A DNA stretch of 49,788 nucleotides from Verrucomicrobiota bacterium (GTDB lineage: Bacteria; Verrucomicrobiota; Lentisphaeria; Lentisphaerales; Lentisphaeraceae): positions 1-49,788 of the forward strand of contig JBDKFG010000032.1 of the NCBI GenBank assembly GCA_039798785.1. The letters are read 5' to 3'. This document shows positions 45,183 to 49,788 of the stretch, in pieces. The notes below the pieces were generated by a model. That model worked only from the letters and a program-made list of their open reading frames with translations. It did not search any database and had not been told where the DNA came from. The translations under genes and the position numbers were made by a program. The first letter of the stretch is position 1. Each line of letters opens with the position of its first letter.

Positions 45183-45506
45183 TCAGACGGAGAAGGATTC
45201 GCCGCAGCCGCAGGTGTTCGAGGCGTTGGGATTGCGGTAGACGAAGCCGCGGCCGTTGAGGCTGCCGTCGTAGTCCAGGGTGAGGCCTTTGAGGTAAATG
45301 GCGCTTTTCGGGTCTATGAGAATCGAGAAGCCCTGGAATTCTATGATGTTGTCCCGTTCCTTGGCCAGGTCAAAATTCTGGGCGTAGGAGAGGCCGGAGC
45401 AGCCGCCGCCTTTCACGGCGAGGCGAAGGCCTTTGCCGGCTTCTTCTTTCTGAATCAGTTCGCGGACTTTTTCTTGTGCCGCAGGCGTCAGTTCGACCAG
45501 GGACAT
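45183..45506 (-). CDS. A-type Fe-S carrier (IscA/SufA/ErpA, HesB family)
   Basis: LRLAVKGGGCSGLSY and NPNASNTCGCGESF. Confidence 0.95.
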   Translation of the reverse strand: MSLVELTPAAQEKVRELIQKEEAGKGLRLAVKGGGCSGLSYAQNFDLAKERDNIIEFQGFSILIDPKSAIYLKGLTLDYDGSLNGRGFVYRNPNASNTCGCGESFSV

Positions 45507-45530
45507 GGGGGAAGTCTCCGTTTTTTAAAA

Positions 45531-45620
45531 GTTTAAAGTTTAAAGTTTACAGTTTAAAGTTTGAGGCTGAGGCCAGAGCAAGGCAGTGAAGCTTAATTCG
45601 TAATTCGTAATTCGTAATTA
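45531..45620. repeat. Two heptamer arrays, (GTTTAAA)n and (TAATTCG)n
   Basis: gtttaaa gtttaaa gtttaca gtttaaa gtttg (45531-45563) and taattcg x3 taatta (45594-45620, includes the Nfu stop codon). Confidence 0.8.
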
Positions 45621-46175
45621 CTCTGCCACGACATTGATCTCAGGATCGAACTGTTCCTTGAGGATGCCTTTGATGGCGGAGAGTGTGCCGAGCGAGGAGC
45701 TCGGGCAGGTGGTGCAGGCTCCCTGGTACTGGACGCGGAGGAGCTTCTTTTCTTCGACATATTCGAGGATGAGCAAGTCGCCGCCATCTCCTTGCAGGCC
45801 GGGGCGGATGGTTTCATCAAGGATCTTCTCGATCTTCTGGACCACTGCGGGAAGATTGGCGCGGCGCTCGCTTTCGTCGATTCCGGTCTTGAAATCGGGG
45901 TCATGGGCAGCGATGCGGCCGCGCACCAGGTCGATGACTTCGTGCTCCATGTCCTCCCAGGCTGCTTCGCCGTTCTGGGTGACGGTGATGACGTTTTCGA
46001 AGAAGTGGATCTGGGTCACTTCCGGGATGCCGAAGAGGGCTTCGGCCAGGGGGTTGTTGTAACATTGGCCGGGGGATGTGTAGGAGATCTTGCCGCTGGT
46101 CTTGACATCGCGGTTGAGGATGAATTTGACGGCGTTGGGATTCGGGGTCGGCTGGGTGAAGTATTTCAGGTCCAT
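45618..46175 (-). CDS. NifU/Nfu-type Fe-S scaffold (Nfu_N + NifU C-terminal domain)
   Basis: QPTPNPNAVKF, IRPGLQGDGGD and QGACTTCPSS. Confidence 0.92.
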   Translation of the reverse strand: MDLKYFTQPTPNPNAVKFILNRDVKTSGKISYTSPGQCYNNPLAEALFGIPEVTQIHFFENVITVTQNGEAAWEDMEHEVIDLVRGRIAAHDPDFKTGIDESERRANLPAVVQKIEKILDETIRPGLQGDGGDLLILEYVEEKKLLRVQYQGACTTCPSSSLGTLSAIKGILKEQFDPEINVVAE

Positions 46176-46177
46176 GG

Positions 46178-46627
46178 TCACTCGGTTTGGGCGGGGGCGT
46201 TGTGGTGATTGAGGGCGTTGAGCAAGGCGTGCCAGGCGAGGCTGGCGCATTTGCGGCGGGCGGGGTGGGCGGCGAGGGCGGCGAAGGCGCCGATCTCCTT
46301 CGGCATGGCGGCGCCGCCGCTGAGCATGGCATCGAAGTCGGCCGCGGCCTGGCGGAGCTGGGCTTCCTCGAGTCCGACCACGTGCCCGCAGAGGACCGAG
46401 GCGGAGGCGAGGCAGACGGCGCAGCCCGAACCTTCGAAGGCGCAGTCGTAGACCCGGCCAGAGTTGAGCAGGAGCTCAAGGTCGATGCGGTCGCCACAAG
46501 AGCGGTTGTGGCCGCAGCCGCGATGGCTGGGCGCGTCGAGGCGGCGAAGATGGCGCGGCTGGCGTCCATGTTCGAGAATCAGCTTGTGATAGAGCTCCAA
46601 AGAAGCGGGCTCGGCGGCGGCCTTCAT
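46178..46627 (-). CDS. SufU/IscU-like Fe-S assembly protein
   Basis: LYHKLILEH, NRSCGD, FEGSGCAVCLASAS and RRKCASLAW. Confidence 0.9.
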   Translation of the reverse strand: MKAAAEPASLELYHKLILEHGRQPRHLRRLDAPSHRGCGHNRSCGDRIDLELLLNSGRVYDCAFEGSGCAVCLASASVLCGHVVGLEEAQLRQAAADFDAMLSGGAAMPKEIGAFAALAAHPARRKCASLAWHALLNALNHHNAPAQTE

Positions 46628-46786
46628 GTATACGACTCATTTGATCCGGGATTGCGCCGACAATTGTACCCCAGCTTGGCCGCTTGCAAAGGGGGCGCAG
46701 GAAGAAGGCGGGGTGGGAAATCGAGGCGACAATTGATTGAGGACAGTCGACCGTAGTCGAAGCCAATGATTGAAGTCGAGGGGGCT

Positions 46787-47293
46787 TCAATCCTTTGGTG
46801 CCGCCGCTTTCTCGACCGGAATCGGGGTTTTCTCCTCAGGATGCGCGTCATCGCCGAGGGGGTCGCCGCCCCAGAGTCCGGCGAGGGCGTCGTAGGATTC
46901 GCAGAGGTCGAAACAGAAGCCGACGCCGAAGAAGAGGCCGCCGCTGATGGCGAAGCGTCCCCAGGCGGGGGACTCGTGATAGCCGTAGCGGGTGTTGCGG
47001 GGCCGGGCGGATTGTTCGGAGTGGCTCCCGAGACCGAGCGCGTAGGAGTAGGGGAGTCGCTCGACCGCGCCGCCGAGGCCGAGGGCGTATTTGCTGCCGC
47101 CGCAAAGGCCGCCTTCGCCGCCGAGGCCGAAGGTGAGGGGCCCGAGGTCGACGAGCAGTCCGATGGTGGGGAATCCCGCCGACAGATGCAGCGCCTCGGT
47201 GAGATCCGCGCCGCGGTTTTGCGCCGGGCCGGGCGGCAGCTGGGCGCAGGAGGCGAGGGCGAGGGTGGCCAGGCTGGCGAGGGCGGCGCGCAT
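46787..47293 (-). CDS. Hypothetical lipoprotein
   Basis: MRAALASLATLALASC lipobox; NRGADL...ESYDALAGLWGGDPLGDD; 5 bp downstream of aas. Confidence 0.65.
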   Translation of the reverse strand: MRAALASLATLALASCAQLPPGPAQNRGADLTEALHLSAGFPTIGLLVDLGPLTFGLGGEGGLCGGSKYALGLGGAVERLPYSYALGLGSHSEQSARPRNTRYGYHESPAWGRFAISGGLFFGVGFCFDLCESYDALAGLWGGDPLGDDAHPEEKTPIPVEKAAAPKD

Positions 47294-47298
47294 CGGCT

Positions 47299-49788
47299 TC
47301 ACTCCCTCGCCGCCGCCAATTCCTTGGCCTTGCCGAGGTCGGCCTTGCCGGAACCGAGCATCGGCAGGATTTCCACTGCGATGAAGTCGGCGGGTTTGGG
47401 GATCCACAGGTTGGGCAGTTCGCGCTCCTGCAGCTTCTTGCACAGTTCGGCGGGCCCCATCCCTTCGGGCAGGGCGGCGTGGATGACGGCGAGGCGTTCG
47501 CCCTTGGCGGGGTCGGGGCGGCCGGTGACGATCAGCATCGGGCTGGAGGCGCCCAGGATCTCGTGCAGGACGTCTTCGACGGCGCCGTGCGGCACCATTT
47601 CGCCGCCGATCTTGGAGAAGCGGGCGAGGCGGCCGACGATGAAGATCGAGCCTTCGGCGTCGACCTTGGCGATGTCGCCGGTGTCGTACCAGCCGTCCTT
47701 GAGGACCTTGGCCGTCCGCTCGGGTTCGTTGATGTAGCCGAGCATGACGCCGTTGCCACTGACCAGGAGGCGGCCTTCGCTGCCGACCGGTCTTTCGATC
47801 GAGGAGTCATCCGGGTCGACGATCTTGACCCGGACCCCGGGGATCGGCTGGCCGACCGAATTCTCCTTGCCGCGGACCTTGCCGAGCTCCCAGATGCGGG
47901 GCGGGACGTTGACGCTGACGCCGGGGGAGAGTTCGGTGGCGCCGAAGGCTTCGATTGGCCAGACGCCGAAGGTGGCGTGGAAGGATTCGGCGACGGCGGG
48001 GCGGAGTTTCTCGGCGCCGGAGAGGACGATGCGGATGCTGGCGAACTGCTCCTTGCTGCAGCGGCGGATGTAGGTGCCGAAGAAGGTCGGGGTGCCGAAG
48101 AGGAGCGAGCATTTGTGCTTGGCGACGGTTTCGCCGACGGCGGCGGCGTCGAGCGGGTTGGGCAGGAGCGGCGTGCGGGTGCCGCAAGCCAGGGGCAGGA
48201 CCAGGGCGGAGACGAAGCCGAAGCTGTGGAAGTAGGGCATCGAGCCGAGGAGGGCGTCGCTCTTCTCCAGGCCGATGATGCGGGCGATGCCGTCGACGTT
48301 GGAGAGCAGGTTGCGGTGGCTGAGCATGACCCCCTTGGGCGAGCCGGTCGAGCCGGAGGAGAAGAGGATGGTGGCACAATCGGTGGCTTTGACGCCGGAC
48401 CAGAGGGTGCGTTCGGCGATCCAGGCGGGGAGGAGGGCCTGAGCGACGGCGAGGACCTTGTCGAGGCCGCTGATCTCCTTGGCGACTTCCTCGAGGAGGA
48501 GGACCTCGATGCCTTCGGGGATCTGGATCTTGAGCTTGGCGATGAACAGCTTCGAGCTGACGATGCGGCGGATGCCGGCCTTGCTGAGGCATTCGGCCAG
48601 GGCGGCGGGCGGCATGGTGGCGTTGAGGAAGACCGGATTCTTGCCGCAGGTCCATGCGGCGAGGGCGGAGGCCGCGGCGGGAACGCAGTTGGGCAGGAGC
48701 ATGCCGACATTGGCGTCACCGGCACAGCGGCGGAGGAAGAGGCGGCGGAGGGCGAGCGACTTGATCAGGAACTGGGCGTTGCCGACGGCCTCATTGGCTC
48801 CTTCCGCGAAGATCTTGCCGAAGGGGGCGGCGCGGAGGGTGCGGAAGGCCTGCGAGGGGATGCTGCGGAGGTGGGCGGCGCGGTCCTTTTCGGCGGCGAG
48901 TTCGAGGTCGGCGACGGCCGCCTGGGCCTCTTGCGGGCCGGCGTCGTCGGCGAGGGGGGCGCCGATGCGGATGTCGGCGGGCCAGGGGAAGCTGCCGGTG
49001 TAGTGGAGGCGCAGGCCTTCGCCGCGGCGCATCGAGAGCATGGCGCCCCAGAGGTTGCCGAGGAGGAGCGGCAGCTTGACCACTTTTGTTCCTTCGGGGA
49101 TCATCCGGGTGAAGCCGGCGCGGAATTCATTCATCCGGCCAGAGCGGGTCAGGCGGCCCTCCGGGAAGATGCACAGGACTTCGCCGGCGGAGAGGACGCT
49201 GCGGCCCGCTTCGAGGGCCGCGATCGTCGCCTTGGCGCCCTTCTCCGGCACCGGGATGAAGTCCATCCACTTGAAGAGCTGCTTCAGGCCGGGCTTGTTG
49301 TAATAGGTCTCGCCGATCATGAAACGGACCGGGCGCGGCACCGCAGCCGAGATGATCATGCCGTCGGCCCAGGTGACGTGGTTGGGCAGCAGCAGCACCG
49401 CGCCGCTGGTCGGGACGTTTTCGACCCCTTGGCAGCGCATCCGGTAGATGGTGCGGGCGATGGTGACGACGACGAAGCGGATGATGAATTGCGGCAGCAT
49501 GTAGAAGGCGATGGCGCAGGCGACGGCGGTGAGGGCGGCGGAGGCGAAAAGGACCTTGACCGAATCGAAATTGCCCAGGCTTTGGGCGAAGTAGAGGCCG
49601 AGCGAGGCGGCGAGCATGCCGACGAAGCCGATCAGGTTGGTCGCGGCCATGGCGCCGCCGCGGATGGACTCGGGCAGCTCCTCCTGCAGCCAGGTCTTCA
49701 GGGGGATGGCGAAGAGGCCGCCGAAGACGCCGATCGAGGCGAGCGAGACGTAGACGGCGGGAGGCAGCTTGCCGTCGAGGACCGCCGG
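47299..49788 (-). CDS. aas: MFS-acyltransferase-acyl-ACP synthetase fusion (5'-partial)
   Basis: MFS-like TM helices, NHVTWAD and FPEG (PlsC), FSSGSTGSPKG (AMP-binding), WYDTGD and RFSKIGGE. Frame continues to the right edge. Confidence 0.92.
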   Translation of the reverse strand, partial: PAVLDGKLPPAVYVSLASIGVFGGLFAIPLKTWLQEELPESIRGGAMAATNLIGFVGMLAASLGLYFAQSLGNFDSVKVLFASAALTAVACAIAFYMLPQFIIRFVVVTIARTIYRMRCQGVENVPTSGAVLLLPNHVTWADGMIISAAVPRPVRFMIGETYYNKPGLKQLFKWMDFIPVPEKGAKATIAALEAGRSVLSAGEVLCIFPEGRLTRSGRMNEFRAGFTRMIPEGTKVVKLPLLLGNLWGAMLSMRRGEGLRLHYTGSFPWPADIRIGAPLADDAGPQEAQAAVADLELAAEKDRAAHLRSIPSQAFRTLRAAPFGKIFAEGANEAVGNAQFLIKSLALRRLFLRRCAGDANVGMLLPNCVPAAASALAAWTCGKNPVFLNATMPPAALAECLSKAGIRRIVSSKLFIAKLKIQIPEGIEVLLLEEVAKEISGLDKVLAVAQALLPAWIAERTLWSGVKATDCATILFSSGSTGSPKGVMLSHRNLLSNVDGIARIIGLEKSDALLGSMPYFHSFGFVSALVLPLACGTRTPLLPNPLDAAAVGETVAKHKCSLLFGTPTFFGTYIRRCSKEQFASIRIVLSGAEKLRPAVAESFHATFGVWPIEAFGATELSPGVSVNVPPRIWELGKVRGKENSVGQPIPGVRVKIVDPDDSSIERPVGSEGRLLVSGNGVMLGYINEPERTAKVLKDGWYDTGDIAKVDAEGSIFIVGRLARFSKIGGEMVPHGAVEDVLHEILGASSPMLIVTGRPDPAKGERLAVIHAALPEGMGPAELCKKLQERELPNLWIPKPADFIAVEILPMLGSGKADLGKAKELAAARE

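Overview
High-GC bacterial chromosomal window; gene style suggests the PVC group, possibly Lentisphaerae or Verrucomicrobia (inference). From the left it holds the N-terminal part (about 1760 codons) of a giant cadherin/Ig-repeat surface protein running off the edge, an aldo-keto reductase, a Zn-finger hypothetical, and an archaeal-type valS with an AT-rich internal patch. Next come a minus-strand run (EEP hydrolase, purN-like, pgsA, TlpA, epimerase, ankyrin), a small low-GC patch of decayed immunity-like genes, and a DUF4011/SF1 helicase/Vsr-like (Hhe-type) protein. The middle has glutamine synthetase III, a repeat-dense interval with two MITE-like elements around an 82-aa gene, tRNA-Pro(CGG), a heavy-metal RND efflux operon with His/Cys-rich accessory proteins, and an IS110 remnant. 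The right part has an ArnT-like glycosyltransferase and an NAD+/ADP-ribose cluster (ADP-ribosylglycohydrolase, kptA, pncB) interrupted by a vapBC pair and an IS200-type tnpA, with the modules separated by a recurrent 28-bp hairpin repeat. Fe-S assembly genes and a partial aas gene end the window. No CRISPR array, rRNA, reverse transcriptase or integrase was seen. All assignments come from motif recognition by eye, with no database search.
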